A stretch of DNA of 64,000 nucleotides, taken from positions 192,001 through 256,000 of the forward strand of contig JAUQPB010000002.1 in the NCBI GenBank assembly GCA_030550585.1. The letters run 5' to 3'. The notes beneath the pieces are model-generated. The model was not told where the DNA came from. It saw only the letters and a list, made by a program, of their open reading frames with translations, and searched no databases. This document shows positions 48,277 through 58,755 of the stretch, in pieces. Position numbers and translations under genes: made by a program. The first letter of the stretch is position 1. Each line of letters starts with the position of its first letter. The stretch is from Thermoproteota archaeon. Its GTDB lineage: Archaea; Thermoproteota; Thermoprotei_A; Sulfolobales; Ignisphaeraceae.

Positions 48277-50568
48277 ATGAGTTCAAAAATTGTAGCTGAA
48301 ATTGAGAAGAGAGTAGATGAAATATTGAGAAAAATGTCTGTAGAAGAGAAGGTTGCTCAAATCCAGTCTATACCTGTCGACAAATTGGTGAGCGGTAGAG
48401 AATTTTCAGAGGAGAAGGCCAGCCAATATCTGAAATATGGCATTGGCCAGATTACAAGGGTTTGTGGCTCGCCTATAAGTTTTACACCTAGGGAGGCAGC
48501 AAAAATTGTGAACAGTATTCAGAGGTTTCTTGTCGAAAAGACCAGGCTTGGCATACCTGCCATAGTTCACGAAGAGTGTCTAGCAGGTTTGCTGGCACCC
48601 GGTGCTACTGTATTTCCACAGGCAATTGCATTGGCCTCTACATGGGATCCAGACCTTGTTTACAGAGTTGCCTCGGCTATCAGACAGCAGGTTGTCTCTG
48701 TCGGGTCTAGACACTGTCTATCCCCTGTTTTAGATCTCTGTAGAGACCCTCGCTGGGGGAGATGTGAAGAGACGTATGGTGAAGATCCATACCTTGTCTC
48801 AGCCATTGGCTTGGCATACATTAGAGGGCTTCAAGGAGACGACATATCAAAGGGGGTCATAGCTACTGTAAAGCATTTTGCAGGCCATGGATTTCCAGAG
48901 GGAGGTAGAAATACTGGTGTTGTTCACATAGGTTTGAGAGAATTTTTAGAGGATCATCTAAAAACATTTGAGGTTGGTATAAGAGTTGGCGGAGCATTAG
49001 CGGTTATGCCAGCTTACCACGAGATAGATGGCATTCCATGCCATGCAAACAAATGGCTCCTAACAGATGTCCTGAGATACCAGTGGGGGTTCAAGGGCAT
49101 TGTCGTATCTGATTATGATGCTGTTAACCAGCTCCATACAATCCATAGAATTGCGAGAAACTGTGTCGAAGCTGTTAAAATAGCTTTGGAGGCTGGTGTC
49201 GACATTATCTTTCCTGATATTCTATGCTTCGACGATGTTGTCAAAGCGGTTAAGGAGGGGATTATATCAGAGTCTCTCCTCGATAGAGCAGTTAAACGAG
49301 TTTTGACTGTCAAAGCTCTTCTAGGGCTGTTAGACAACCCATTTGTTGATGAATCTAAGGTTCCTGAAACCTTTGACAACCCGGAACACAGAAAACTAGC
49401 TTTAGAGGTTGCTAGAGAATCTATAGTTCTCCTCAAAAACGATGGTATTTTGCCACTACCAAAGAATCTAAGAGCCATAGCCGTTATAGGACCCAACGCA
49501 AACGAGCCTAGAAACATGCTGGGGGACTACCACTATGACGCCCATCTAGCAAGAAGCACAACATCTGTAAAGGTTGTAACAGTTTTGGAGGGGATAAGGA
49601 ACAAGGTCTCGAAGGATACAAAGGTTTTGTATGCCAAGGGCTGCGACATTGCCTCAGAGGATAGAAGCGGATTTGAGGAGGCATTGAAGGTCGCTAGAGA
49701 AGCAGATGTTGTAGTAGCTGTAATGGGCGAGAAAAGCGGTTTGGATCCCGCATGGTTTGGGCTAAACCGGAGGGAGCTGCAACACACCAGTGGTGAGGGT
49801 GTTGACAGAACTCATCTAGGGCTTCCAGGAGTTCAGGAGGAGTTGATAAGGGAGCTGCACAAAACTGGCAAACCAATAGTTCTCGTGCTTATAAATGGCA
49901 GACCACTAGCAATAACAAATATTCTCCCATACGTTAATGCTGTTGTAGAGGCCTGGCTACCGGGCGAGGAAGGGGGCAACGCAATCGCAGATATACTCTT
50001 CGGCGATGCCGAGCCAGGTGGGAGGCTCCCAGTATCGATACCGAAATCAGTTGGACAGGTACCGGTATACTACTCTAGAAAGCCATCGTCATTTAGAGAC
50101 TATATAGACATGGATTCAAAGCCTCTATTCCCATTCGGATTTGGTCTCAGCTACACGCAATTCAGATACAGCAATCTCATCATCAAGACGCCGGAGGTTA
50201 AACCATTTGGTGTTGTAGAGATCGAGGTTACTGTAGAGAACATTGGGAATAGACCAGGCAAAGAAGTTGTCCAGCTATACATATCAAAAGAGTTCTCCTC
50301 TGTAACAAGACCTGTTAAAGAGTTGAAGGGATTCAAAAAGATATATCTAATGCCTGGGCAATCAAAGAGGATAGTCTTTAGAATACCGACAGAGGTTCTA
50401 GCATTTTACGACAGCGACATGCATCTTGTCATAGAGCCTGGAGAATACAAGGTGATGATCGGCAGAAACAGTGAGGATATACAGCTAGAAGGGAGATTCA
50501 AAATAGTGGGCGAGAAGCAAATCGTTTACTACCGCCAACACTACTTCAGCGAGGCACTAGAATCATAG
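48277..50568 (+). CDS. Glycoside hydrolase family 3 (beta-xylosidase/beta-glucosidase)
   Basis: HEECLAG, RDPRWGRCEETYGEDP, KHFAG, VVSDY nucleophile, SGEGVDR and a C-terminal Fn3-like domain (EVVQLY, ELKGF). Confidence 0.95.
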   Translation: MSSKIVAEIEKRVDEILRKMSVEEKVAQIQSIPVDKLVSGREFSEEKASQYLKYGIGQITRVCGSPISFTPREAAKIVNSIQRFLVEKTRLGIPAIVHEECLAGLLAPGATVFPQAIALASTWDPDLVYRVASAIRQQVVSVGSRHCLSPVLDLCRDPRWGRCEETYGEDPYLVSAIGLAYIRGLQGDDISKGVIATVKHFAGHGFPEGGRNTGVVHIGLREFLEDHLKTFEVGIRVGGALAVMPAYHEIDGIPCHANKWLLTDVLRYQWGFKGIVVSDYDAVNQLHTIHRIARNCVEAVKIALEAGVDIIFPDILCFDDVVKAVKEGIISESLLDRAVKRVLTVKALLGLLDNPFVDESKVPETFDNPEHRKLALEVARESIVLLKNDGILPLPKNLRAIAVIGPNANEPRNMLGDYHYDAHLARSTTSVKVVTVLEGIRNKVSKDTKVLYAKGCDIASEDRSGFEEALKVAREADVVVAVMGEKSGLDPAWFGLNRRELQHTSGEGVDRTHLGLPGVQEELIRELHKTGKPIVLVLINGRPLAITNILPYVNAVVEAWLPGEEGGNAIADILFGDAEPGGRLPVSIPKSVGQVPVYYSRKPSSFRDYIDMDSKPLFPFGFGLSYTQFRYSNLIIKTPEVKPFGVVEIEVTVENIGNRPGKEVVQLYISKEFSSVTRPVKELKGFKKIYLMPGQSKRIVFRIPTEVLAFYDSDMHLVIEPGEYKVMIGRNSEDIQLEGRFKIVGEKQIVYYRQHYFSEALES

Positions 50569-50851
50569 AAAATCCCACCACTTTTTATCAACTGCAGACA
50601 GATGCTTAGACGCTATTGCTACACGCCTCAAAAACCGGGGTCTGCTAGCAGAGTTTCTGCAAAAGGGGTATACATACCTCACTTGCAGCTTATGCACCAT
50701 CTACACCACCACACGCCAAGCCCTTTCACCATCTGTATATGGGGCTTCTGTGCTGTGGTGCTAGTCGAACTGAACACCCCATCAGATGCGCATCGGGTCT
50801 AAGGTATTTGGGTTATTAAATGTAATGCTCATGATTTAAAAAATAGAAGAT

Positions 50852-51572
50852 TTACTGAGTAACGTATCCTCCATCGACTATTATTAGCTGACCTGTTATG
50901 AAACTTGCTTCATCTGAAGCTAGAAAAGCCACCACAGCAGCAACCTCTTCGGGGGTGCCTAGTCTGCCAACAGGTATACTTCTTCTGAGTAACTCTATCT
51001 GTTCTCGTACAGATTCACTAGCTCTAGCTGTCCCAGAAGTAGCTATAGGACCCGGCGCAACAGCGTTTACAGTTATGTTGTATCTAACCAACTCTAAGGC
51101 TAATGCCCTTGTGAATCCTACTATAGCTGCCTTAGAGGCGCAGTAATGGGTAAGCCCTTGAAAACCGACTACCGGCCCAGCTATCGACGCTATGTTGATT
51201 ATAAACAGCTTTGGTAAAGTAGAATGTCCCTTTAACATTAACATTCATCACCTTATCCCAGTCTTCTTCCGTTATCTCCAGAAATGGTTTGAAAGGATAG
51301 ATGCCAGCGTTATTTACGAGAATATCTACCTTACTCAACTTCTCAATAGTTGTTTCAACCGCTTTCATCACATCACCTTTATTTGTAACATCTCCCTTAA
51401 AAGCTAGAACCTTAACACCCAGCTTCTCAATCTCTGAGGCGGTTTCAAACACCTTATCCGATATGTCGAACAATACCACATCAGCGCCTTCTCTAGACAA
51501 TCTTAGCGCAATAGCCTTACCAATACCCATAGCACTACCAGTAACAATTGCCACCTTATTTTTCAATCTCAT
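50852..51572 (-). pseudogene. Short-chain dehydrogenase (FabG-like), frameshifted by an internal deletion
   Basis: 5' frame has TGSAMGIG and LVNNAG and runs to TKAV; a second frame resumes at IINIAS...HYCASK...FITGQ. The connecting helix is missing. Confidence 0.88.
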
Positions 51573-52290
51573 ACTTACACACCTTCTTCAGTAATAAGCT
51601 ATTATTTGATGAAATGCTAAAAAACTTTTAGCTATTAACATCAAAAAAGTTTATGCTACCCTAGAACCTCTCTTGTAGCTATGGAATTGATACCATTAAG
51701 CTAAAACTTGGGAATGCTTAGCGAAAGATTTAAAATTATAGGAAAACAAGGTTAGTTCCCAATGCTATGAAGATGAGACCTGCAGAAACTGATTGGAAAA
51801 CATCGTTAGGAGTGAGTCGGATAGAGGAAGCCGTATACAGGCTAGTAGTTTCTTTGTGCACGCAGATTAAGTCTTCTAGGAAAGCCCGTTGCCCGCAGCT
51901 GTGATACGATTTGGAGCTGTTGGCAAAAGGATGTTAATGGCAACTCCATTGCCACATTTTTAACCAACACGTTTTTCCTATCATTGCTGACAACACTGTA
52001 TATAGATGTTTCCTACATCTCCTCTCAGCATGCAAAGAGCTAATACCGTTACAAAAAGCTGTTTATACAGGTGTCGCTGGTGGATGTTACAACAGTTGTT
52101 TTCTGTTTCCTGTAACCTGCTCAGAACAGCTGGCTTCTTCAAAAATCTTGTCATTGTTTATGTTTAATTTGAGAGGATGGATGTGGCAACAATTCTTGAT
52201 ATAGCAAAACTAAAGCTTAAAGGTTACTTATTCAATTCACTATACTATTACAATTAACATCTATTGGCTAGCGACGCTGGGATGAGGTAT

Positions 52291-53709
52291 ATGGCTAGAG
52301 ATTACATCTCTAAGATGGATATATACATGGTTCTCTCTGTAACAACTTTAGTAAACTTTCTAACAGGGTTTAATGCAAGGCTTGCTGTTGTTGGTCTACC
52401 AACTATTGCAAGGGATTTGGGTGCTGATATATATCAGATTATATGGATTGTCCAAGGATATATGCTTGGCTCGACAATTATTCAGCTTATTGTTGGGAGA
52501 TTATCTGACTTATTTGGAAGGGTCAGGCTATTCAATTTAGGGATAGCGATTTTTGGTTTAGGAGCCTTTGTCTCTGGCTTAAGCAATAGTCCAATAGTAT
52601 TAGTTGCTTCAAGATTTGTGCAAGGCATTGGAGCAGCGTTTCTAATATCGCTAACTGTAACGATTCTAACAGATTATGTCCCTCCTGATAGGCTTGCTAC
52701 ATGGCTTGGTATAAACCAGGTTTCCTGGAGGGTGGGGGCCTTGCTTGGGCTAACGCTTAGCGGCTTTATAATTGATTATCTTGGGTGGAGGTGGATCTTC
52801 TTAATCCAAGTGCCTCTTAGTCTAGCAATTCTTTTTTGGAGCGTTAAAAGACTTAGAGAGAGGTACAAACCTGTTGAAAAACCATATATAGATTGGCCTG
52901 GCTTCGCAGTATTTACAGTTGCTATTGCTTTGCTGCTTGTTGGGTTAACGCTCTATGGATATGGATTCTCAGAGTACTCTTTATACACTATGGCATCTAG
53001 CATCGCTCTACTGATAATATTCTCCCTATGGGAGCTAAACACAAAACATCCTGCACTAGATCTTAGCATATTTAAGATATGGCAATTTAGTGGAGGGATA
53101 ATCGCACAGCTTCTATACTCAATAGGTTTTGGAGCCTCCATGACACTTCTGGCTATATACCTCCAATCAGTTGAGGGATTTACAGCTACACAAACAGGCC
53201 TGCTTTTAATACCATATGAACTAAGCTTCCTAGTCTTTGGCGTTGTTGGCGGTAGGTTCTCAGATTCCATAGGCTTTGCCCCCGTTGCTGTAGCCGGTCT
53301 TGTCGCAGGCTCGGCAGCCCTCTATCTAATCTCTATAGTCTCTTCACTCAAGGCACTAATAGTAGCAGAAATTTTGCTAGGTGTTGGAACAGGCCTTTTC
53401 GTTTCTCCAAATACAAGCTCAATCATGAACTCTGTGCCTCCGCATAGAAGAGGTATCGCATCATCTATAAGAACAATATCATTTAATGTGGGGTTTGCGC
53501 TGAGTCTAAATATAGCTGTTCTATCGCTTACGCGTGTACTGCCATACAGAATAGTTTCAATGTTAATCATGTATGAGGGCATGCAAGAAAATAGTATTTC
53601 AATGGAGGCATCCATGCTCTCAAATGCAATTAGAGAGTCATTTAAGGTGCAATCCATTTTAATGGCAATGGCAATACCATTTACAGTTTCACGCACCAAA
53701 AAGCGGTGA
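52291..53709 (+). CDS. MFS transporter (DHA2-like, 14 TM)
   Basis: GRLSDLFGRVR, SRFVQGIGAA, LGWRWIFLI and VSPNTSSIM. Confidence 0.9.
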   Translation: MARDYISKMDIYMVLSVTTLVNFLTGFNARLAVVGLPTIARDLGADIYQIIWIVQGYMLGSTIIQLIVGRLSDLFGRVRLFNLGIAIFGLGAFVSGLSNSPIVLVASRFVQGIGAAFLISLTVTILTDYVPPDRLATWLGINQVSWRVGALLGLTLSGFIIDYLGWRWIFLIQVPLSLAILFWSVKRLRERYKPVEKPYIDWPGFAVFTVAIALLLVGLTLYGYGFSEYSLYTMASSIALLIIFSLWELNTKHPALDLSIFKIWQFSGGIIAQLLYSIGFGASMTLLAIYLQSVEGFTATQTGLLLIPYELSFLVFGVVGGRFSDSIGFAPVAVAGLVAGSAALYLISIVSSLKALIVAEILLGVGTGLFVSPNTSSIMNSVPPHRRGIASSIRTISFNVGFALSLNIAVLSLTRVLPYRIVSMLIMYEGMQENSISMEASMLSNAIRESFKVQSILMAMAIPFTVSRTKKR

Positions 53710-53927
53710 TAAAGATGAATTGGAGGCAGGGTAGACATGATATGCAATGCCGCATGAGCTAGTCTCTAGACCCAATTAACATATTAGCTACAACAACTTA
53801 GTAATACCCTCTTATATTGTAGGTGGGCAACCCAGCAAACTTTTTATTGTTTAAAATTCTTTGCCAAATCTAAGGTTGGGCGTAAACCTCTAAATGCACC
53901 TCTTTGTAGATTAGAGATGGTAGTTGT

Positions 53928-55274
53928 ATGCCTATAAAAAACTTTGGTGAATTGGCTGTATCAGATTTGCATAGACTGGCTCTCGAGCTTGCTGAGCATG
54001 GTTTGGCTGTGGCGGATCCCTACAACGCTGTTAGAAGCTCTGTTTCGCTTGATGGTAAAAGGATTCTAGTTGGTGGCGAGGTTATTGAGGCTGAGGGGCA
54101 GATTCATGTAATCGGCTTTGGGAAGGCATCTAAAAGAATGGCTATGGCTTTAAACGATCTGTTAGGGGATAGAATAGTTGGTGGGGTTGTTATAACACCT
54201 GATGAAATTGGCTATATTGGTAATATAAAGCTTGTTAGAGGTAATCATCCGATTCCAGGTAAGGATACTTTGAACTCATCTCAATTGCTACTAGATTATG
54301 TATCCAGCAATGTTTCTGAAAACGACATTGTCTTTGTAGTCATATCGGGAGGTGGTTCAGCGCTTTTCGAGGTTCCAGAAGATGGGATATCCTTAGACGA
54401 TATTGCCTGGATTTCCAGAGAGCTTATGAGAAGAGGTGCAGATATATTCGAATTGAATGCTGTGAGGAAGAGGTTTTCCAAGGTTAAGGGTGGTAAGTTG
54501 CTAAGGTTTTTAAAGGCGAAGAAAGTTGTATCGCTGATAATAAGCGATGTTATTGGGGATAGGCTAGACACCATAGCCTCGGGGCCTACAGCACCAGATG
54601 ACACGACTTTTAGGGATGTATACAATATATTGAAGAGACGTGGTGTTTGGGGCTATATGAAAGATTCTATGAAGAGAATAGTGGAACTAGGATTAGAGGG
54701 GATAATAGCAGATACTCCAAAGAGAGGTGATAACATCTTCAACAAGGTTTTTAACATTATTATTGCAAGCAATAAAATGGTTTTGGATGCCATGGCAGAG
54801 AAGGCGAGGGGCCAAGGGTTTAACACACTCATTCTGACATCCATGCTTGAGGGGGAGGCTAGAGAGGTTGGGAAGGTGCTAGCATCTGTAATGAGAAGCA
54901 TAGACGTCTACGGCATGCCACTGAAAAGACCTGTGGCAATACTTGCAGGTGGAGAAACTGTTGTAACTGTTCGTGGTAATGGTATTGGTGGGAGAAACCA
55001 AGAGCTATGTCTATCACTCTCAATATCGATTAGAGGCATGAACAACGTAGTAGCTTTATGTATGGGGACAGATGGGATTGATGGTATAAGCCCGGCAGCT
55101 GGAGCTATAGTTGATGGCAAAACATATTACGAGGGATTGGAACAGGGCTTGGATCCACAAGAGTGTCTAGAGAACAATGATAGCTACACCTACTTCTCAA
55201 AACTCAGAAGAGCTATTATAACAGGCTATACTGGGACAAACGTTAACGACATATTCATAGCCTTGATGAAATAG
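53928..55274 (+). CDS. Glycerate 2-kinase (MOFRL/GckA family)
   Basis: GFGKAS, GNHPIPG, ISGGGSAL, IASGPT, GGRNQE, GTDGIDG and TGTNVND. Confidence 0.93.
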   Translation: MPIKNFGELAVSDLHRLALELAEHGLAVADPYNAVRSSVSLDGKRILVGGEVIEAEGQIHVIGFGKASKRMAMALNDLLGDRIVGGVVITPDEIGYIGNIKLVRGNHPIPGKDTLNSSQLLLDYVSSNVSENDIVFVVISGGGSALFEVPEDGISLDDIAWISRELMRRGADIFELNAVRKRFSKVKGGKLLRFLKAKKVVSLIISDVIGDRLDTIASGPTAPDDTTFRDVYNILKRRGVWGYMKDSMKRIVELGLEGIIADTPKRGDNIFNKVFNIIIASNKMVLDAMAEKARGQGFNTLILTSMLEGEAREVGKVLASVMRSIDVYGMPLKRPVAILAGGETVVTVRGNGIGGRNQELCLSLSISIRGMNNVVALCMGTDGIDGISPAAGAIVDGKTYYEGLEQGLDPQECLENNDSYTYFSKLRRAIITGYTGTNVNDIFIALMK

Positions 55275-55308
55275 CCTTTACTAGCAAATTGAAGCGTCAT
55301 TACAGTCT

Positions 55309-55620
55309 CTATGTACTCGCATTGAATATTGTGAGTGCGTCTCTCATTATCTCCTCCTCGGATCTGCCACTTTCAACAAGCTGGAATTCGGCATAGCCAG
55401 GCTTTCTATTGTCAACCTTCATCTGAATACACTCTACAGCCCTCTTAGTCGGGTGGGCAACTATGTTAAGATATGTTCTTGCAATTGCTGCAACTGTTGC
55501 TTCTTGCAAGACTATTGTCTGGTCTTTGAAAACTATAGCCAATCTCATATGCCTGTGATTCGGCGGTATAAACCCTATGATCTTCAGTACATCGCTATTC
55601 GAATAGACTTTAACACTCAT
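55309..55620 (-). CDS. Conserved-looking hypothetical protein
   Basis: Intact ORF (PPNHRHMR, LQEATVAAIARTY, HP, RKPGYA); native codon usage. Confidence 0.75.
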   Translation of the reverse strand: MSVKVYSNSDVLKIIGFIPPNHRHMRLAIVFKDQTIVLQEATVAAIARTYLNIVAHPTKRAVECIQMKVDNRKPGYAEFQLVESGRSEEEIMRDALTIFNAST

Positions 55621-55693
55621 TTTAGACACACAACAATATGCCTAGACAAAAACATATTTTAATCTTCATTGATTTTACTGAAAAGAGATTTGG

Positions 55694-56473
55694 GTGTGGT
55701 TTACGATAGCCTTTTCAACAATGGTGCTACTGAACCTCGACCCATTTGAGGCTACAGCAAAACTCATTGAAAGCGGTTTCCACGTCGAGGTATGCTACGA
55801 CAATTTCCTCGTGTTTGGAGGTAGGTATGTGGAGGATGCTCTATTCAAAAAGTTTCTCGACAGCATACAGTCAATTAGAAAGACATATATAAAGTCTGTT
55901 CATATGCCATATGACGAACTAGATGCTGATACTATCCCCCTTGAACATATTCTAAACAGAATGGTCAAGTGGCTTAGATTCGCACACGAGATAGGGGCTT
56001 CAATAGCTGTTTTCCACACACTAAAAACATCCTCAGACCCTCTAAACACAAACCTACACTTCTTTAGGGAAATTGCTAGAGAGGCTATGGATAGGGGAAT
56101 CAGAATCGCTGTCGAAAACAGACTCGAGAGGGAGTTGTTCGGCTCAAAGCCCGAAGACCTCAAAAACATTGTTGAAAGCGTTGGCGAGGGAATTGGGATC
56201 TGTTTAGATGTTGGTCATGCAAACATAAATAAAAACCTAGATGCGTTCTTAAAAACATTAGAGAACAGTATAATTGAGCTCCATCTCCATGACAACAACG
56301 GTTTTAGGGATGAGCATAAACCCCCATTCACAGGCTCTGTTGACTGGAACGCTGTTATAAGGCTGATTAAAAGGAAAGGAGATATTTTACCTGTTTTCGA
56401 AATTGCATGCAGAGAACCGGTGACAGGTTGTCTGTCGATTGCAAGCAGAGTTAAACAAGAATTTGAAATGTGA
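55694..56473 (+). CDS. Sugar phosphate isomerase/epimerase (AP_endonuc_2 family)
   Basis: VHMP, AVEN, CLDVGHAN and LHLHDNNGFRDEHKPPFTGSVDW. Confidence 0.88.
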   Translation: MWFTIAFSTMVLLNLDPFEATAKLIESGFHVEVCYDNFLVFGGRYVEDALFKKFLDSIQSIRKTYIKSVHMPYDELDADTIPLEHILNRMVKWLRFAHEIGASIAVFHTLKTSSDPLNTNLHFFREIAREAMDRGIRIAVENRLERELFGSKPEDLKNIVESVGEGIGICLDVGHANINKNLDAFLKTLENSIIELHLHDNNGFRDEHKPPFTGSVDWNAVIRLIKRKGDILPVFEIACREPVTGCLSIASRVKQEFEM

Positions 56474-56486
56474 AAATAGTTAGAGG

Positions 56487-57200
56487 GTGTCTAAAATGCT
56501 GTTTAAAAAGCCGAATATCTTTGATAAACCTGTCGAGGTTTTTAGACTCGACGACATATCTCTTCTGCATATCCATATAAAGAATCTGACAAAGTTTGGC
56601 TTAGATCTATGCAGAGACTGTGAAAAGGTTTTGGCTTTGCTGAGGGGGAGATGCAGAGTTAGCGGCTATGAACTCTTTGAAAAAGACCTGCTCTACATTC
56701 CAGCAGATGTAAGCCACATGGATATGGAGTGCACAGAAAACGCCATAGCATACATTGTTCAGGCTAAGACCTCAAGAAAATTTGGCTCATATCTAAAGAG
56801 GTTTGGAGAAGCTGAAAAGATCGTTATAGAAGATGCTGAGTCTCGCAGGACTAGATACACATTGATAGGAGAGAAAGATAAGAGCGAGAGGATATTAGCT
56901 GGCTACACATTTTGCGAGCCAGGCTCCTGGGGCTCGTACCCCCCGCACAGACACGATGATATGTATGAGATCTTCATATACTTTGATCTGAGCCCATATT
57001 TCGGCATTCAAACAATATTCGACGAGTCTCAGGAGAGTGTATACATAGTTAGAGACTATGACACTGTTTTAGTTTCTAGGGGATACCACCCCAATGTCTC
57101 AACCCCTATGAGAGGCATGAAATACCTGTGGATAATGGTGTCGAAGAGAGGCTCTAAAACACATAAGATGGAGATTCACCCACTATACGCCAAGTCCTAG
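56487..57200 (+). CDS. IolB/KduI family cupin isomerase (5-deoxy-glucuronate isomerase-like)
   Basis: GSWGSYPPHRHD, EIFIY, RGYHPNV and YLWIM. Confidence 0.85.
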   Translation: MSKMLFKKPNIFDKPVEVFRLDDISLLHIHIKNLTKFGLDLCRDCEKVLALLRGRCRVSGYELFEKDLLYIPADVSHMDMECTENAIAYIVQAKTSRKFGSYLKRFGEAEKIVIEDAESRRTRYTLIGEKDKSERILAGYTFCEPGSWGSYPPHRHDDMYEIFIYFDLSPYFGIQTIFDESQESVYIVRDYDTVLVSRGYHPNVSTPMRGMKYLWIMVSKRGSKTHKMEIHPLYAKS

Positions 57201-57216
57201 AAAGTCTTGGCAACAG

Positions 57217-57921
57217 CTATAACTCGACTAGCTCAAAGCCACTATACACATTAAATCTATCCCCTCTAACATGTCCTATTAAAGCCATGTTACAGCTTCT
57301 AGCAATTTCAATAGCTTTCCGTGTTGGTGCACCTCTGAATACTGCTATGGGTATGCCCATAGCAGTAATAGCCTTGACCATCTCCGAGCCTGCTCTAGAC
57401 GATAAAACAACGACTGTTTTTCTAAAGTCGACCCCACTCTCATAAGCTTTTCCTATCAGCTTGAGCAGAGAGCCAAGCCTAGATATATCCTCTACAATCT
57501 CTATCAGCACACCATCTAAGGTAAACAAAGCTGAGAAATGGAAGCAGCCAGTCATGGTAAACAGCTTCGCGCTTTTGCTCGCTTCTTCAAACATCTTCAG
57601 AATGTCTCGAGACCTCACCTTGATCTTCAGATCCGTGGAACACTCGTCTACCTCTCTTGCAAAAGGTTTTGCATAGAAAAGAAGAACATTGTTATTTTCG
57701 ACAATGGTTCTAGCCTCTGTCAGATCAAATCCATGTGTAACTGCATATCCTATTCCAAGATATTTGAGCATATGAGGAGATGTCTGAATCCTAAAAACCT
57801 CGACACCGTCTACGTAAACCCTTCCCTCAATTTCCTCAGCAACGATATCGTCTATCTCTTCATAGCCACTCAAGGAAACTCTGACTATCTTTGTTGTTGA
57901 GTAGCTGTCCACTATCAACAC
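57217..57921 (-). CDS. fdhD: FdhD family formate dehydrogenase accessory protein (divergent)
   Basis: AEE, TSPH.L..L.IG, TGCFH, EDISR, SSRAGSEMV.KA, APT..AIE and GHVRGDRFNVYS. Confidence 0.8.
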   Translation of the reverse strand: MLIVDSYSTTKIVRVSLSGYEEIDDIVAEEIEGRVYVDGVEVFRIQTSPHMLKYLGIGYAVTHGFDLTEARTIVENNNVLLFYAKPFAREVDECSTDLKIKVRSRDILKMFEEASKSAKLFTMTGCFHFSALFTLDGVLIEIVEDISRLGSLLKLIGKAYESGVDFRKTVVVLSSRAGSEMVKAITAMGIPIAVFRGAPTRKAIEIARSCNMALIGHVRGDRFNVYSGFELVEL

Positions 57922-58130
57922 CTTTTACAGCTACAATTGGAGGCTTATTAAAAGTTTAAATGGTTTATATATGCTTATATCACATATAGTATATTTTAGA
58001 GTAGTCGATGCTCTTCATCAATAGAAAATCAATGGGATACCCCTGCAATGTCGATACATGGAGATACATTGAAGTGGACTACAATCTCTGGCTCAGTATT
58101 TAGGTAGTGCATCCTTTTAACAGATGTGTG

Positions 58131-58538
58131 CTAGGTGAAGGGTACAATTGTTTTTACTCCATTAGCTTGGGCAACCCTAGCCTGTTTCTCGTCTAATGTG
58201 GCTAGCGGCAGTTTCTTCTCTATTGCTAGTGCGATGTACAGAGCGTCGTAGACTGTAATACCTGTTTTCAAGGCTATTTCGAATGCCTTTGAAAGGTATT
58301 TGCCTTCGGGCTCTATCTCTATATTTATACCTATCATAGAGAAGAGTATTTCTTGCAACTTAAAAGCTGTTTCGATGTTTATAGTCCTCTTAATCGTTGC
58401 ATCCTTCCATATAGCATTTAACACCTCTTTTAACACCAGGTCAATGGTTATACATAGCCTCACATAGTTAACAAGCTTTTCCCAGCCAGGCTCCTTTCTA
58501 ATAAAAGCTGCTAGCAAGGAAGCATCAACGACTATCAC
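58131..58538 (-). CDS. vapC: VapC/PIN domain toxin
   Basis: IVVDAS, EVLNAIWK, TVYDALYIALA and LATLD. Confidence 0.92.
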   Translation of the reverse strand: MIVVDASLLAAFIRKEPGWEKLVNYVRLCITIDLVLKEVLNAIWKDATIKRTINIETAFKLQEILFSMIGINIEIEPEGKYLSKAFEIALKTGITVYDALYIALAIEKKLPLATLDEKQARVAQANGVKTIVPFT

Positions 58539-58755
58539 GGTCCTCCCTTATAGATGTAACTGAGGAGCCCCTAGGAGACTCTATTGGCAGTTGTGAAAGC
58601 ATGTTGACGACATTCCTGATATTATCATCAGCTTCGATCTCTCTTAACTTAGATTCTATGAACCTCCTCACCTCCTCAGCCCAGTTAACCCTATCTCTAT
58701 ATCTATCCATCTTCTCCTTAATCTCCCTCCTAAGCTTAACACTAAAAACACTCAC
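58525..58755 (-). CDS. vapB: VapB-type RHH antitoxin
   Basis: SVFSVKLRREIKEKM...VNWAEEVRRFIE and C-terminal SIREDRDSR; overlaps vapC. Confidence 0.88.
   Translation of the reverse strand: MSVFSVKLRREIKEKMDRYRDRVNWAEEVRRFIESKLREIEADDNIRNVVNMLSQLPIESPRGSSVTSIREDRDSR

Noticed and set aside
50580-50810. Moderately GC-rich intergenic stretch with a GATGCGCATC palindrome; possible structured RNA or small ORF
   Set aside because: No tRNA, SRP or RNase P motifs, no extended stems, and the ORFs on both strands are unrecognisable.
51765-52200. ATGAAGA...CTGA C/D-like start and short ORFs
   Set aside because: No matching C'/D pair at proper spacing; probably decayed coding sequence.
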